From: an uncultured Chlorobiales bacterium
GTDB taxonomy: Bacteria; Bacteroidota; Chlorobiia; Chlorobiales; Thermochlorobacteraceae
Reading direction: 5' to 3'
Assembly (NCBI GenBank): GCA_938003965.1
Contig: CALKXI010000053.1
Coordinates: 1 to 60,541 of the forward strand
Length of the DNA stretch: 60,541 nucleotides
The position numbers and the translations under genes were made by a program. Below, in pieces: positions 9,336-20,043 of this stretch. A model generated the notes under the pieces. It saw only the letters and a list, made by a program, of their open reading frames with translations. It was not told the DNA's origin and made no database searches. Each line of letters begins with the position of its first letter. Position 1 is the stretch's first letter.

Positions 9336-10700
9336 TTACTTTTTGACCAAGCGAATTGAGAACGCGCCGTCGAGGTGATGTCGATGCGGCAGAATTTCAA
9401 TCGCGCCCGATTCGCAGACGTATTGGTGCAGTTCAGCAGGCAACACTTCGCTTGCGCTTTGCACGCGCCAATCGGGGTGTGCTTCGAGGAACGATTCAAT
9501 TTGCCGATAATTTTCTTCGGGCTCGAGCGAGCAAGTCGCATAGACGATAACGCCATCATCTTTGGCGCATCGCACGGCGTTTTCGAGAAGTTCGCGTTGC
9601 AGTTTTTGCATCGTAACAATGTCGTTCGGAGAGAGACGCCAACGCAGTTCGGCGCGACGCGCTAAAACCCCTGTGCCTGAGCAAGGCGTATCGAGCAAGA
9701 CTTTATCGTATTTCTCGGTCGGCACAAATTTTCGCGCGTCGCCTTTGACGGTTTCGATGATGTTGATTCCGAGCGTTTCGGCTTGTGAGCGAATTTGTTG
9801 GAGTTTGTTATCGTAAAGGTCGATGGCGGTGATGTGTCCGAGATTGTTCATGCGTTCGGCAAGGAAGGTTGACTTTCCGCCGGGGGCGGCGCACATGTCC
9901 AAAATGCGTTCGCCGGGTTTGGGGTTGAGCAGCAAACACGCCATGCCTTGCGATTCGCTCTGAACCGACACCAATCCCTCTTTCAAAAATTCTTCCAAGT
10001 CGAAAAAGCGTTCAGGGGTGATGAAGCCGAAAACAGGGCTTTCTTGAAAAGGAATGTTGGATTGCGTAAGCCGTTCGCGAAATGCGCTAATGGTTGTTTT
10101 GAGCGTGTTGATTCGGAAAGAGATTTTCGGAATTTGGTTGTTTGCCGACATGAGTTCTTGCACTTCACTGAATCCGAAACGCTTTAACCATCGGTCCAGA
10201 AGCCATTTCGGGTGCGAGTATTGAAGTGCGATTTGGTCGGCAAACGTGCCGCCTTTGGTCTTGAAACTTACCGACTCGATGTTGTTGGCGATGTTGCGCA
10301 ACACGCCATTGACAAGGTTTGCAAGAAATTGATTTTTAAGTCGCTTCGCTAATTCAACAGATTCATTGACCGCCGCCCATTTCGGCACTTTGGAAAGGTA
10401 GAACAGTTGATAGACGGCAATGCGCAAAATGTTCTTCACATCGGCGTCCATCTTGTTGTAATCGTGCTTGTAAAACTGCTGAATGATGTAGTCGATTTTC
10501 ATTTTCTCGCGCAACGTGCCATAGATCATGTGCATGGCGAAGGCTTTGTCGACGGCATCGAGCGGCGAGATGGAAAACTGCGTTGTGATAGCCGTGTCAG
10601 ACTTCACACCGCCAAAATCAACTTCACGAAGGACTTTAACAGCGACCTCTCTTGCGGTCATAATGTTCGATTTAGAAGGTTCTTTCTGCCTTGAGTCCAT
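9336..10700 (-). CDS. rsmB: 16S rRNA (cytosine967-C5)-methyltransferase
   Basis: 454 aa. NusB-like N-terminus, SAM motif DMCAAPGGKS, catalytic TPCSGTG and YATCSLEPEEN. Confidence 0.85.
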   Translation of the reverse strand: MDSRQKEPSKSNIMTAREVAVKVLREVDFGGVKSDTAITTQFSISPLDAVDKAFAMHMIYGTLREKMKIDYIIQQFYKHDYNKMDADVKNILRIAVYQLFYLSKVPKWAAVNESVELAKRLKNQFLANLVNGVLRNIANNIESVSFKTKGGTFADQIALQYSHPKWLLDRWLKRFGFSEVQELMSANNQIPKISFRINTLKTTISAFRERLTQSNIPFQESPVFGFITPERFFDLEEFLKEGLVSVQSESQGMACLLLNPKPGERILDMCAAPGGKSTFLAERMNNLGHITAIDLYDNKLQQIRSQAETLGINIIETVKGDARKFVPTEKYDKVLLDTPCSGTGVLARRAELRWRLSPNDIVTMQKLQRELLENAVRCAKDDGVIVYATCSLEPEENYRQIESFLEAHPDWRVQSASEVLPAELHQYVCESGAIEILPHRHHLDGAFSIRLVKK

Positions 10701-10952
10701 GTTTGCGTCTATGATTACTCCAAACAGAGTTCGGTTGTCGTCAAATGATGTTTATTAAGCAATGCTCATCGCTTTTGGGAGCGAGTGCACCGTGATTACA
10801 ATGTGCTTACGAATGTTAAGGCGTTTCGCTAAGCCGTGATGAAATAGGCACTTACAACAGCAGACAGATGTTTGAGGTAAAATTTATTACACTTTTTTCG
10901 GCATAAAAGTTCTTTTTGCGATGTGTGAAAGATAATTTAACCGATTCAGCGG

Positions 10953-11993
10953 CTAAATGGCGAGATTATAGCGTTTAAGGGCTTCGTCGAGCACACGGTT
11001 GATGAGCGCATTAAAATCTATTCCTGCCGTGCGTGCCGCCAATGGAAAGCATGAGTGTTCGTCAGGGTTTGGCAAAATGCCGGGAAGCGGATTGATTTCT
11101 ATGATAAACGGCTTTCCGTGTTCGTTTAATCGAACATCAATGCGTGCCCAGTCGCGGCAGCGCAAAGCCCGAAAAGCGCGTTTGCAGAGAGAGGCAATTT
11201 CATCGGCAAGTTCTTTGGAAATTGGCGCGGGGCACTTGAAAACCTCGACGGGATTTTCGGGGTCGTCCCACAGCCACTTTGCCTCGTAGGAGTAAATTTT
11301 TCGTGAATCTTTCGGCAGGTGGTCGAAGAGCAGTTCGATGATGGGGAGCACCTCGAGCGTTTCTCCATTTCCGATAAGGGCAACCGTAAATTCGCGCCCT
11401 GAAAGAAATTGCTCGACGAGCGCAGGCTGTTTGTATTGCTCAATGACTTCGCGAAGTTGGCGCGAAAGTTCTTCGACGGAATAAACCACCGACCGCTCAA
11501 AGATGCCTTTACTCGAGCCTTCATGAAGCGGTTTGACGATAAGGGGAAATTGATGGTGCTCATTCAAAAATACCATGCCTTCGCTGAGTGAGTGAATGAC
11601 GCGAAAGTGAGGCGTCGGAATTTGATAATAGGAAAGGATTTCTTTCGTGCGCGCTTTGTCGAGCGCCAGGCATAAGGTTGCAGGGTCAGAAGCGGTGTAG
11701 CGTAGGCGCATCATATCGAGCAGTGCAGGGATTTGCGCTTCGCGGCTTGGCTCTCCAATTCCTTCGGTGATGTTGAAGCAGATGTCGGGCTTTTCCTCGA
11801 GAAGCGTCGTGATAATCTGTTGAAGGTAAGCAGGATTGCAATCTATCTTGACGACGTCGCATCGCTCACGCAGGGCATTGGCAACGGCGTCTATCGTTTC
11901 AGGATTATCCCACTCAGCAAATTCATCGCTTTGATATTTCGGTGTGTTTTCGGGTAGGTCGGGCTTTTGATTGTAAAGCAGAGCCACTTTCAT
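10953..11993 (-). CDS. ATP-grasp enzyme, D-alanine--D-alanine ligase family-like
   Basis: 346 aa with ATP-grasp architecture (PLIVKPLHEGSSKGI ... ARIDVRL...PFIIEINPLPG). The N-terminus is atypical for a canonical Ddl. Confidence 0.6.
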   Translation of the reverse strand: MKVALLYNQKPDLPENTPKYQSDEFAEWDNPETIDAVANALRERCDVVKIDCNPAYLQQIITTLLEEKPDICFNITEGIGEPSREAQIPALLDMMRLRYTASDPATLCLALDKARTKEILSYYQIPTPHFRVIHSLSEGMVFLNEHHQFPLIVKPLHEGSSKGIFERSVVYSVEELSRQLREVIEQYKQPALVEQFLSGREFTVALIGNGETLEVLPIIELLFDHLPKDSRKIYSYEAKWLWDDPENPVEVFKCPAPISKELADEIASLCKRAFRALRCRDWARIDVRLNEHGKPFIIEINPLPGILPNPDEHSCFPLAARTAGIDFNALINRVLDEALKRYNLAI

Positions 11994-12005
11994 GCGAGCA
12001 GGCGA

Positions 12006-12485
12006 TTAGGACGCAGTATTTGTTGTCGATCTAGAAGACGAAATAGAAGGCTCTTTGACAGATGTCTCAACCGATTGCACGCCATCAAGCGCAAGAATTA
12101 GGTCGCGTGCGTCTGAAAGGTCATGCTGTTGTTTAGGCGTTGCAACAAGCAAGACCTTGCCGTTTTTGACATACACATCGATTCCCTGAATGTGCGCTTT
12201 TTGAAGCGCGCGATCGATTTTCTCAATGAGTTGCCACTCGGCAGTCAGCGCAGTTGGTAGTTCGGTTTTCTCAGAGGATTTTTCCTTGCGCAGTCGAAAC
12301 GGCAAGCCGAAACGCGACACTGCCACGCCTAAGGCAAGTGCCGAGGCAATGCCAACCGCTCCCCAAATCCACTTTTTAGAGAATCCACTCGGCGCGCTGT
12401 TTGAACTGGAAATCATCGGGGTTTCCTGTGTGGGTTTATTAGGTGATTTCATTGAACGTAATTTCTGTGCGAACAATTTGTGCAA
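12006..12485 (-). CDS. membrane-anchored BON-domain protein
   Basis: 159 aa. One TM helix (WIWGAVGIASALALGVAV) and a C-terminal BON-like segment (IDVYVKNGKVLLVATP...ALDGVQSVETSV). Lies 12 nt upstream of the ATP-grasp gene. Confidence 0.55.
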   Translation of the reverse strand: MHKLFAQKLRSMKSPNKPTQETPMISSSNSAPSGFSKKWIWGAVGIASALALGVAVSRFGLPFRLRKEKSSEKTELPTALTAEWQLIEKIDRALQKAHIQGIDVYVKNGKVLLVATPKQQHDLSDARDLILALDGVQSVETSVKEPSISSSRSTTNTAS

Positions 12486-12632
12486 AATTTGAGCGAAGGA
12501 TTAGATTAAAGTAGAAAGAAAAATCAGTTGTGCAAAATTGAAAAAGCATATCGTTTTTGCTATTATTATTTTTCACAAACAGTTCTTACAAAAAAATCTT
12601 CACCGGGTTTGTTCAACCTAACTTTTCCTTTC

Positions 12633-13775
12633 ATGTCAAACAAACTTATTCATCTTTTCATCTTTGCTGCCATTTTCAGCGTGCTGACTGCTGCTGATGG
12701 CGGATGTGGAAGTGCCGACGTTGAAGGCGCGAAACTTTATCTCCGACAAGGCAACACCGACGACGCCATCAAGGCGGCAACCACTGCCACCACTACTGAC
12801 CCAACCAACGGTGAGGCTTATTACATTTTAGGAAAAGCCTACTACGTCAAGCAATACAACGACTCCGCCGCCATCGCGCTTAAAAAAGCCATCTCACCCG
12901 GCATGAAAATTTCCGAAGCCGATTTGAAAGATGCCACCTTGCTTCTTGGCGAAGTATGGCGCATTGAATACAATGCTGGGGCTAGTCTCTTCAACCAAGC
13001 CTACACCGAAAAGAGCGACGAAAGTACGAAGCAGGCACTGCTCGAGCAAGCAATTACGAAACTCAATCGTGCGATTGCTATTCAGCCCGATAGTGTCGCT
13101 TCGTATCGTGCCCTCGCCAACTCCAAAGTCTTGCTCAAAGATTTCAACGGCGCGACTGAAACACTCGAGAAAGCCATCAGTATTGCTCCAACGGATACAG
13201 GGTTTTATGTTCAACTTGCTAATATCTACGCAGGCGAACTCAAAGACACCGCAAAAGCCATCAAGACACTTGAGACGGCTTACGCGAAAAACTTACGCTC
13301 GCCCGAAGTCAATCGCCTGCTCGCTACGAATTATTTTCTTGTGAAGAGATACGACAAAGCCGAAACGATAGTGCAACAAGCCTTAGCCGTTGAGCCGAAC
13401 AATTCGCTTATGCTTTACCTCTACGGCACGCTTCTTAACGAAAAGAAAGATTACAACGGCGCGATTACACAGTTCAAAAAAGTGATTGACACGAATCCGT
13501 CCTTCTTGGATTATGCATGCTCCTACAACGCCGCTGTGGCTTACTTCAAACTTGCCGAAGCCGATGAAGAAGCCAACAAACCCAAAGACAAAAAGCGCGG
13601 CAAAAAAGCCCCCGAATACACGGGGCACTACAAGTTCTATGAAAAAGCCATCGAAATTTTGAAACCCGCCGCCGAAGCCAGTAATAGCAAGGACTTTTGG
13701 CGGTTCTTAGGGCAACTCTACGCGCGTGTTGGAAAAAACGCCGAAGCAACGGAAGCCCTTGCGAAATCTAAATGA
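12633..13775 (+). CDS. TPR-repeat lipoprotein
   Basis: Start moved to ATG 12633 (MSNKLIHLFIFAAIFSVLTAADGGCGS, signal peptide plus Cys). Multiple TPR units follow. The track ORF starts at TTG 12528. Confidence 0.7.
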   Translation: MSNKLIHLFIFAAIFSVLTAADGGCGSADVEGAKLYLRQGNTDDAIKAATTATTTDPTNGEAYYILGKAYYVKQYNDSAAIALKKAISPGMKISEADLKDATLLLGEVWRIEYNAGASLFNQAYTEKSDESTKQALLEQAITKLNRAIAIQPDSVASYRALANSKVLLKDFNGATETLEKAISIAPTDTGFYVQLANIYAGELKDTAKAIKTLETAYAKNLRSPEVNRLLATNYFLVKRYDKAETIVQQALAVEPNNSLMLYLYGTLLNEKKDYNGAITQFKKVIDTNPSFLDYACSYNAAVAYFKLAEADEEANKPKDKKRGKKAPEYTGHYKFYEKAIEILKPAAEASNSKDFWRFLGQLYARVGKNAEATEALAKSK

Positions 13776-13787
13776 GAAGTTTTGATG

Positions 13788-13820
13788 AAAGCCTCGCAGC
13801 TTGCGGGGCTTTTTCATTTT
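13788..13820 (+). terminator. intrinsic terminator after the TPR lipoprotein gene
   Basis: Stem GCCTCGC (13791-13797) / GCGGGGC (13803-13809, one G-U pair), extended by A/T pairs and followed by a T run. Confidence 0.65.
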
Positions 13821-13946
13821 CCTCCCCCTCGACTCAGACACAACATTAAACCATCGCGCATGCAAATCGGCTCTGTTTCGGCTTAGTGTTTTGCGCGATG
13901 AGAATTCTTAAATCTAACCATAAAACCACAACGCTAACCTGTTACC

Positions 13947-15518
13947 ATGTCGCTGTTGCAAAATCCAAAGCGCCTTGCGGCGATTGATTTAGGAACAAAC
14001 TCGTTCCACATGATTATTGTGGAACTGTTACCCGATATGAGTTTTCTGACCATTGACCGCGCAAAAGAGATGATTCGCATCGGCGATGGCAGTCTCTTAA
14101 CCAAAGAACTCTCGCAAGAAGCCATGTCGCAAGGGCTTCAAACGCTCATGCGCTTTCGCAAACTTGCTGAGCAACGCGGCGTGGAAACCCACCACATCAT
14201 TGCCTTTGCTACAAGCGCAATCCGCGAAGCCAAAAACGGCGGAGCGTATATGGAAACTATTTCGCAAAAAATTGGAATTCGTACAGACATCATTTCAGGC
14301 GATGAGGAAGCGCGTCTTATCTACTTAGCCATTCGTCAAGCCATTAGCATTGGCAATCGCAAAGCCCTCATGATTGATGTCGGTGGCGGCTCAGTAGAAC
14401 TCATGATTGGTGACAGCGAAAAACTTTACCTTGCCGAGAGCAAAAAGTTAGGTGTAGCAAGAATGTATGACCGTTTCATCAAGCACGACCCGCCAACCGA
14501 AAAAGAGCAAGACGAGCTCGAGCAATTTTTCATCGAACAGATAAACCCTTTTGCCGAATGCGCAAAATCTCTCGGCTACGATATGGCGATTGCGTCCAGC
14601 GGCACAGCGGAAAACATCGCCTCTATGATTTTCATACAAGAAAACGGACAAGCATTTGAGTCGCTCAACGGCAATGCGTTCTCGCGCAAAAGCTTTCAGA
14701 AGCTATATGAACGGCTTATGCCGATGAAATCAAGCGAACGTAAAAGTATCGCAGGATTAGACCCGAAGCGCGCTGATTTGATTATCCCTGGACTGATTTT
14801 GTTCGATGTGATATTTCGACTCTTCAATCTTAAAGAGATAACGATTTCAGGATATGCGTTGCGTGAAGGCATGGTGATTGACTACCTCTCCAAGCATATT
14901 GAAGAGTTTCGGCTCATTTATGCCATACCTGATGTGCGCCGTCGCAGTGTGATTGAACTCGCCCGCCGTTGCTACTGGGACGAAGCTCGTTCGATTCACA
15001 TTGCAAACCTTGTGCTTCAACTCTTTGATGAATTGCAACCCTTGCACGGCTTGACAGTTCACGAACGAGAACTTTTGGAATACGCAACCTTACTACACAA
15101 TATCGGCTACTTCATTTCACCATCAGGGCATCATAAACACAGTCAATACATCATTCTTAACGGAGAACTGCGTGGATTCAGCAACGACGAAATTCAAATT
15201 ATCGCACACATTGCGCGCTACCATCGTAAATCGCCACCAAAGCCTGAACACGAAACATTTCAGGCGCTTCCATCAAAGCACAAGCAAGTGGTCAGATATT
15301 GTGCGGCGATGTTGCGCATTGCCAACGCACTCGATAGAACACATCGGCAGAATGTGCGCGGCGTTAAAGCCAAAATTTCTGCCAAGAAAATTGAACTGCG
15401 CCTGACCATCATGAGCGATGCGGAAATCGAAATGTGGGCAGTCTCGCGTGCCAAAGATATGTTTGAAGATGTCTTTGAACGCACTTTGAGCGTTTCAGTT
15501 GAATCGGTTGCCGACTGA
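13947..15518 (+). CDS. ppx: exopolyphosphatase / guanosine pentaphosphate phosphohydrolase (Ppx/GppA) with HD domain
   Basis: 523 aa. ASKHA N-terminus AAIDLGTNSFHMIIVE, DVGGGS, and a C-terminal HD region HNIGYFISPSGHHKHS. Confidence 0.85.
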   Translation: MSLLQNPKRLAAIDLGTNSFHMIIVELLPDMSFLTIDRAKEMIRIGDGSLLTKELSQEAMSQGLQTLMRFRKLAEQRGVETHHIIAFATSAIREAKNGGAYMETISQKIGIRTDIISGDEEARLIYLAIRQAISIGNRKALMIDVGGGSVELMIGDSEKLYLAESKKLGVARMYDRFIKHDPPTEKEQDELEQFFIEQINPFAECAKSLGYDMAIASSGTAENIASMIFIQENGQAFESLNGNAFSRKSFQKLYERLMPMKSSERKSIAGLDPKRADLIIPGLILFDVIFRLFNLKEITISGYALREGMVIDYLSKHIEEFRLIYAIPDVRRRSVIELARRCYWDEARSIHIANLVLQLFDELQPLHGLTVHERELLEYATLLHNIGYFISPSGHHKHSQYIILNGELRGFSNDEIQIIAHIARYHRKSPPKPEHETFQALPSKHKQVVRYCAAMLRIANALDRTHRQNVRGVKAKISAKKIELRLTIMSDAEIEMWAVSRAKDMFEDVFERTLSVSVESVAD

Positions 15519-15600
15519 TTAAGCAGAGTTAAACACAACGGTGTAGAACTTCACATCGTTAAGTGAATGTTACTGGCGTATCACTTAAATCGCTCATTCA

Positions 15601-16839
15601 ATGACACCTCGTTTAGTTGTTCTTGGAACAGGTTTTGGCGCGTTCAGTTTACTCAAAAACCTTTCGCCCAGCCGCTATGCCGTTACGGTTGTCAGCCCTC
15701 GCAATCACTTTCTTTTTTCTCCGCTGTTGCCGAGCACAACCGTCGGCACGATTGAATTTTTAAGCATCGCTGAGCCGATTCGCACGGCAGTAAGTTACGC
15801 GAACTTTGTTCAGGCAGAAGCCGTCGGGCTTGATACGTCTCGCAAAGTTATTTGCTGCAAAAGTGTCTTTGACGGAAAAGAATTTCCGATTGAATACGAC
15901 GTGCTCGTGATTGCGGTCGGCGCGGAAAGCAATACTTTCGGCATTGAAGGGGTGAAAGAGCATACCTTGTTCCTCAAAGAACTTGCGCATGCGCGCGCGA
16001 TTCGTCAAAAAGTGTTGGATAATTTCGAGGCGGCATCGCTTCCTACCATCAGCGAAGAAGAGCGCAAAAAATTACTGCACTTTGTTGTTGTTGGAGGTGG
16101 ACCAACAGGCGTCGAGTATGCCGCAGAGCTTGCCGATTTTTTTGACGACGAGGTCAAAGCGCATTTTCCGCACCTCGTCCAAGATGCACGCATCACACTT
16201 GTGGAGGCAGGCAAACAAATTTTGAGCACCTTCGACGAACGGCTTTCAAGATATGCCACTAAACTCTTTCAACGCCGACGCATCAAGTTCATTATGAACA
16301 CGCCCGTCAAAAAAGTTGAGGCCGGAAAAGTTTATTTATCGAGCGGCGAAGTTTTAGAAACAGGGCTTATTGTTTGGTCGACAGGCAATGGAGCGAATGC
16401 GTTTGTAAAATCATTGCCCTTTCAAAAAGATAGCGCAGGACGATTGCTCACCGACCGATATTTGCGCGTTCTGGGAGAGAAAGACATCTTCGCGCTCGGC
16501 GATTGTGCGACCCTTCAAGACTACACACAGCCCGCCACCGCACAAGTGGCAATGCAAGCCGGAAAGTATTTAGCCAAACTTTTGAACGAAGTCTCTGCCC
16601 CAAGCAAAGCCGAAAAGGATATTGCACCGTTTGAGCGTCAGAACTTCGGCATGCTCGCCTATATCGGCAAAGACGAAGCCCTCGCGGATTTGCCGTTTAT
16701 GAAATGGAGCGGATTTTTAACGTGGATTTTTTGGCGTGCCGCCTACCTCACCAAACTCGTCAGTTTCAAAAACAAACTGCAAGTGCTCTTCGATTGGATT
16801 CGCTCACGCATCTTCGGACGCGACATCAGCCGATTTTAA
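15601..16839 (+). CDS. ndh: type II NADH dehydrogenase (NDH-2)
   Basis: 412 aa. Two dinucleotide folds (VVLGTGFGA and VVVGGGPTGVEYAAEL) plus GDCA. Confidence 0.85.
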   Translation: MTPRLVVLGTGFGAFSLLKNLSPSRYAVTVVSPRNHFLFSPLLPSTTVGTIEFLSIAEPIRTAVSYANFVQAEAVGLDTSRKVICCKSVFDGKEFPIEYDVLVIAVGAESNTFGIEGVKEHTLFLKELAHARAIRQKVLDNFEAASLPTISEEERKKLLHFVVVGGGPTGVEYAAELADFFDDEVKAHFPHLVQDARITLVEAGKQILSTFDERLSRYATKLFQRRRIKFIMNTPVKKVEAGKVYLSSGEVLETGLIVWSTGNGANAFVKSLPFQKDSAGRLLTDRYLRVLGEKDIFALGDCATLQDYTQPATAQVAMQAGKYLAKLLNEVSAPSKAEKDIAPFERQNFGMLAYIGKDEALADLPFMKWSGFLTWIFWRAAYLTKLVSFKNKLQVLFDWIRSRIFGRDISRF

Positions 16840-16849
16840 CCGTGATTCT

Positions 16850-18286
16850 CTATTTCTCTACATTCAAAAATCTTCCACGAATTGCAAGACCGAAGGTGAG
16901 ATTTTTAACCGCACTTGGTGCAAACGGCAGAAAGATGTTGCCGATGTTGAAGTCAATCGCAACGTTCTTTTGGTCATAGCCAAGTCCAAACGCCCACGCA
17001 AAGCCTTGTCTGCCACCAAGTTGAATCCCTGTGCGAATCGGCATCTCGCGAACAGGGCGAATTTCTCCGCCGACGCCGAGAATCGGAATTCCAGTATTTC
17101 CAAAATTATTGTTGAAGCCTTGCACGTAGTCAATCGTGAGTGCGGCAGGAAATTTCAGACGGTCATCGAGAATCATCACGAAGCCGACGCGCAAGTGCGT
17201 GGGCAGGGCGCGCGTGAATCCGTCTGCCGTTCGGTTTTGCGCGCGCACGCCGTTAGAAATGCTGTCTAATTGGTTCTTATTTGCCTCGCCGCTAATGGGG
17301 TCAGTCAAGCCTGTGAAGATGATAGTGGTATCTGCTGTTTTGAGAAGCGCGTTATCCCCAAACGAAACGAAGCCAAGATTGTTGAGCGAAATGGCAAATG
17401 TCATGGTTTCGCGATAATTAAACGACATGCCTAAATCCAACCCAAGCCCATTTCCGACAGATTCAGGAAAGAGAGAAAAACTTTCGGTTGAGTTATTGTC
17501 TTGCAAACGTCCGCGTGCGGCAGAAGTCGCCGTGTATAGAACGGTGGCGGCGAGGCTATCGCCTGTTGGCGAGTGGAAGATGCGGCTTTCGTCGTTGAGT
17601 TCCGAGTAGGCGTGTGCGGCTATCCATTTCAGACTTGCACCGACCTTAATACTTTCAATCGGGCGAAGGTTTCGCGCACGAAACGAAGTGGCGAACTCGC
17701 GCGCGTAAGAAAGAGCGTATTCACGATACCAATAGGCGTTGGAGGTGGTGTTGCGTCCGCCCAAGTCGCGCCCGAGGAATCGCTCGTTGCCATAGAGGGC
17801 GTATTCTAAGAATTCTCCATTCAAAATGCCGCGTCCGCCGAAGTGGTCCATGATGTGAAAACCAAACGCGCCGACTTTATCGTTGTGAAAATAACTCGCG
17901 CCGAAAAGCATGACGCTCGCTCGTCCGTTAATTTCAAATTCATCATCGATTGCGTTAAGCAGTTTGCGTTTGTCGTCATCAGTCCATTCGGTTTTATCGC
18001 CCGAAACGCCTCGCGTCTCTTTGCCAAAAAGTGTGTTGTAAAGGTCGATGTTGATGGAATTATTTTTAAGCATGAAACCTGCTGGGAAAATCGTAACGGA
18101 GGCTTTTTGCTCGTGATATTCGTAGGCAAGCAAGCGCGAAGGGTTGATACCCAAAGCCAGCACGCCGCCAATATAGGCAGAGCCGCTATTGCCCATCGAG
18201 CCGACGACGATATTTTCGGGGTTTGTTTGTGCAGAGAGAAATGAAGCAGAGAAAAAGCAGAGAGAGAAAAGTAGCGCGTTTCGCAT
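16850..18286 (-). CDS. hypothetical outer-membrane beta-barrel protein
   Basis: 478 aa. Signal peptide MRNALLFSLCFFSASFLSAQ. Alternating-hydrophobic, Gly/aromatic-rich sequence typical of beta-barrels. No family recognised. Confidence 0.5.
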   Translation of the reverse strand: MRNALLFSLCFFSASFLSAQTNPENIVVGSMGNSGSAYIGGVLALGINPSRLLAYEYHEQKASVTIFPAGFMLKNNSINIDLYNTLFGKETRGVSGDKTEWTDDDKRKLLNAIDDEFEINGRASVMLFGASYFHNDKVGAFGFHIMDHFGGRGILNGEFLEYALYGNERFLGRDLGGRNTTSNAYWYREYALSYAREFATSFRARNLRPIESIKVGASLKWIAAHAYSELNDESRIFHSPTGDSLAATVLYTATSAARGRLQDNNSTESFSLFPESVGNGLGLDLGMSFNYRETMTFAISLNNLGFVSFGDNALLKTADTTIIFTGLTDPISGEANKNQLDSISNGVRAQNRTADGFTRALPTHLRVGFVMILDDRLKFPAALTIDYVQGFNNNFGNTGIPILGVGGEIRPVREMPIRTGIQLGGRQGFAWAFGLGYDQKNVAIDFNIGNIFLPFAPSAVKNLTFGLAIRGRFLNVEK

Positions 18287-18338
18287 GATGGTTATGTTGG
18301 TCGTTGTGTTTTGTGTGCTTCAAACTTCTTAAACTTTC

Positions 18339-19331
18339 TCACCTAATTCCGATAGCGGCAATCATCATTGACATCACATAAAGCAGTGTGCCAAATGAGT
18401 TATACCACACGGCTTTTTCTTTGGGCTGTGCAATCAAGATGCGCTGCATGGGTTGTTGTGCAATAAGCAACAAGAGCGCAAGCCCTGCCCAAATCCACGC
18501 GCCTTTGAAGGCAATAATTGCAATCGCGGTTGCTTGCGCGGTGTTCATTACGACAGCGGCGAGAATTGCGGCGTTCTTTTCGCCGAGTTGAACGGGAATC
18601 GAGCGCACATTGCGAATCTTATCACCCGTTACGGACTTAAAATCGTTCAGCGTCATGATGCCGTGCGCACCCAAAGAAAAAATGACGGCGAGCCAAATCG
18701 ATTCACTTGACGGGATTCCCTTTGTTAAAGCAAAACTGCCTGTTAGCCACGCCACGCCCTCGTATGCCAATCCGACAATCAAATTTCCATACCAGCCATT
18801 TCGCTTTGCGCGGAGCGGCGGACCCGAATACATGTGCGACATCAGCACGCCCGCAAATGAAATCCAAAGCACGTAGGGGTGAATCCAATACGAAACTGCA
18901 AACGCTCCACCGATGAGCGCGAAGGTGATAATCCAACTCGCGTCTTTAGAAATTTGCCCCGATGGAATCGGACGATATGGCTCGTTAATCGCATCGACCT
19001 CGCGGTCAAAGTAATCGTTCATGGTTTGCGACATTGCGCACATCAGCGGTCCTGCTAAAACTAACCCCGCAACCAACACGAGCCAGTTTTCCGAAAGACT
19101 TTCGCCTGTTGAAATCGCGCCGCATAAAAACGCCCACATTGGCGGAAACCACGTTACAGGTTTCATCAGTTTAACAATCGCTCTTGCCTCAATGTAAAAC
19201 CCCTTGCGATTGACGTTTTCCAGTGCTTGTAAAATCGCTTGGCGACGCGTTTCGTCTGCCTCAACTTGCAGAAGCGTTTCGGCTATTGCGTTTTCCGTTG
19301 AGCGTGGGTGCGTTTCGTTCAGAATGTTCAT
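18339..19331 (-). CDS. bchG: (bacterio)chlorophyll synthase, UbiA prenyltransferase family
   Basis: 330 aa. KPVTWFPPMWAFLCGAISTG and NDYFDREVDAINEP are BchG/ChlG signatures. The bchG, bchK and chlG paralogues cannot be told apart by eye. Confidence 0.8.
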   Translation of the reverse strand: MNILNETHPRSTENAIAETLLQVEADETRRQAILQALENVNRKGFYIEARAIVKLMKPVTWFPPMWAFLCGAISTGESLSENWLVLVAGLVLAGPLMCAMSQTMNDYFDREVDAINEPYRPIPSGQISKDASWIITFALIGGAFAVSYWIHPYVLWISFAGVLMSHMYSGPPLRAKRNGWYGNLIVGLAYEGVAWLTGSFALTKGIPSSESIWLAVIFSLGAHGIMTLNDFKSVTGDKIRNVRSIPVQLGEKNAAILAAVVMNTAQATAIAIIAFKGAWIWAGLALLLLIAQQPMQRILIAQPKEKAVWYNSFGTLLYVMSMMIAAIGIR

Positions 19332-19481
19332 AACAAAAATTCCTTTTTCAATCTGCGCTTAAAATAACGCCTTTCACATCGTTTCGGAAATTCAATGTGT
19401 AAAAGTTTGTGGTCGGATTAGAATAAACCGCATTTTGTATCTTCGCACGCTCAAACATTATCTCAAATTTGTTGATACCCT

Positions 19482-19979
19482 TTGCTGACAATGAGCGAAG
19501 ACTTTGTGATTCGTAAAATCAAGCCCGAAGACAATCCCATAATCGCCCGCATTATCAGAACCGTGATGCCACAATTTGGTGCCGACGGCGACGGTTTCGC
19601 AATCAAAGATGCAGAAGTCGATACGATGTATGAAGCCTATTCTCAACCTCGAAGTATTTACTATGTGGTCGAGCATCATGGGCAAGTCATCGGCGGTGGC
19701 GGAATCGCACCACTGCAAGGCGGCGACGAACAAACATGCGAACTCAAAAAAATGTACTTCCTGGAAGAAGGACGAGGAAAAGGCATCGGACAAGCTCTCT
19801 TGAATCGTTGCTTAGACGCAGCAAGAGTGTTCGGCTACAAAACTTGTTACTTAGAAACCCTTGAAAAAATGGGCGCAGCGCGCAAACTCTACGAGAAAAA
19901 TGGATTCATTCGTCTCACCAAACCGATGGGAAACACCGGTCACCACGGGTGCGACCGCTATTACGCAAAACCACTTTGA
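19482..19979 (+). CDS. GNAT-family N-acetyltransferase
   Basis: 165 aa. Acetyl-CoA motif EEGRGKGIGQALL and C-terminal YEKNGF. Confidence 0.8.
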   Translation: MLTMSEDFVIRKIKPEDNPIIARIIRTVMPQFGADGDGFAIKDAEVDTMYEAYSQPRSIYYVVEHHGQVIGGGGIAPLQGGDEQTCELKKMYFLEEGRGKGIGQALLNRCLDAARVFGYKTCYLETLEKMGAARKLYEKNGFIRLTKPMGNTGHHGCDRYYAKPL

Positions 19980-20043
19980 CGCAAAAACTTTGACGCAAAA
20001 TGACTTTGAAGTTTTACACCAACACCAAACACGAACACAGACC

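Noticed and set aside
10701-10952. Long intergenic regions (10701-10952, 25815-26040, 40302-40557) scanned for tRNA, tmRNA, RNase P, SRP and riboswitch signatures.
   Set aside because: I found no T-loop (GGTTCGAAT-type) or other conserved RNA signature strings and no strong nested helices. These are probably promoter or terminator space.
15559-15588. 8-bp inverted repeat TTAAGTGA ... TCACTTAA just upstream of the ndh start codon.
   Set aside because: It is short and unique in the window, has no T-run that would make it a terminator, and matches no regulator motif I can name.
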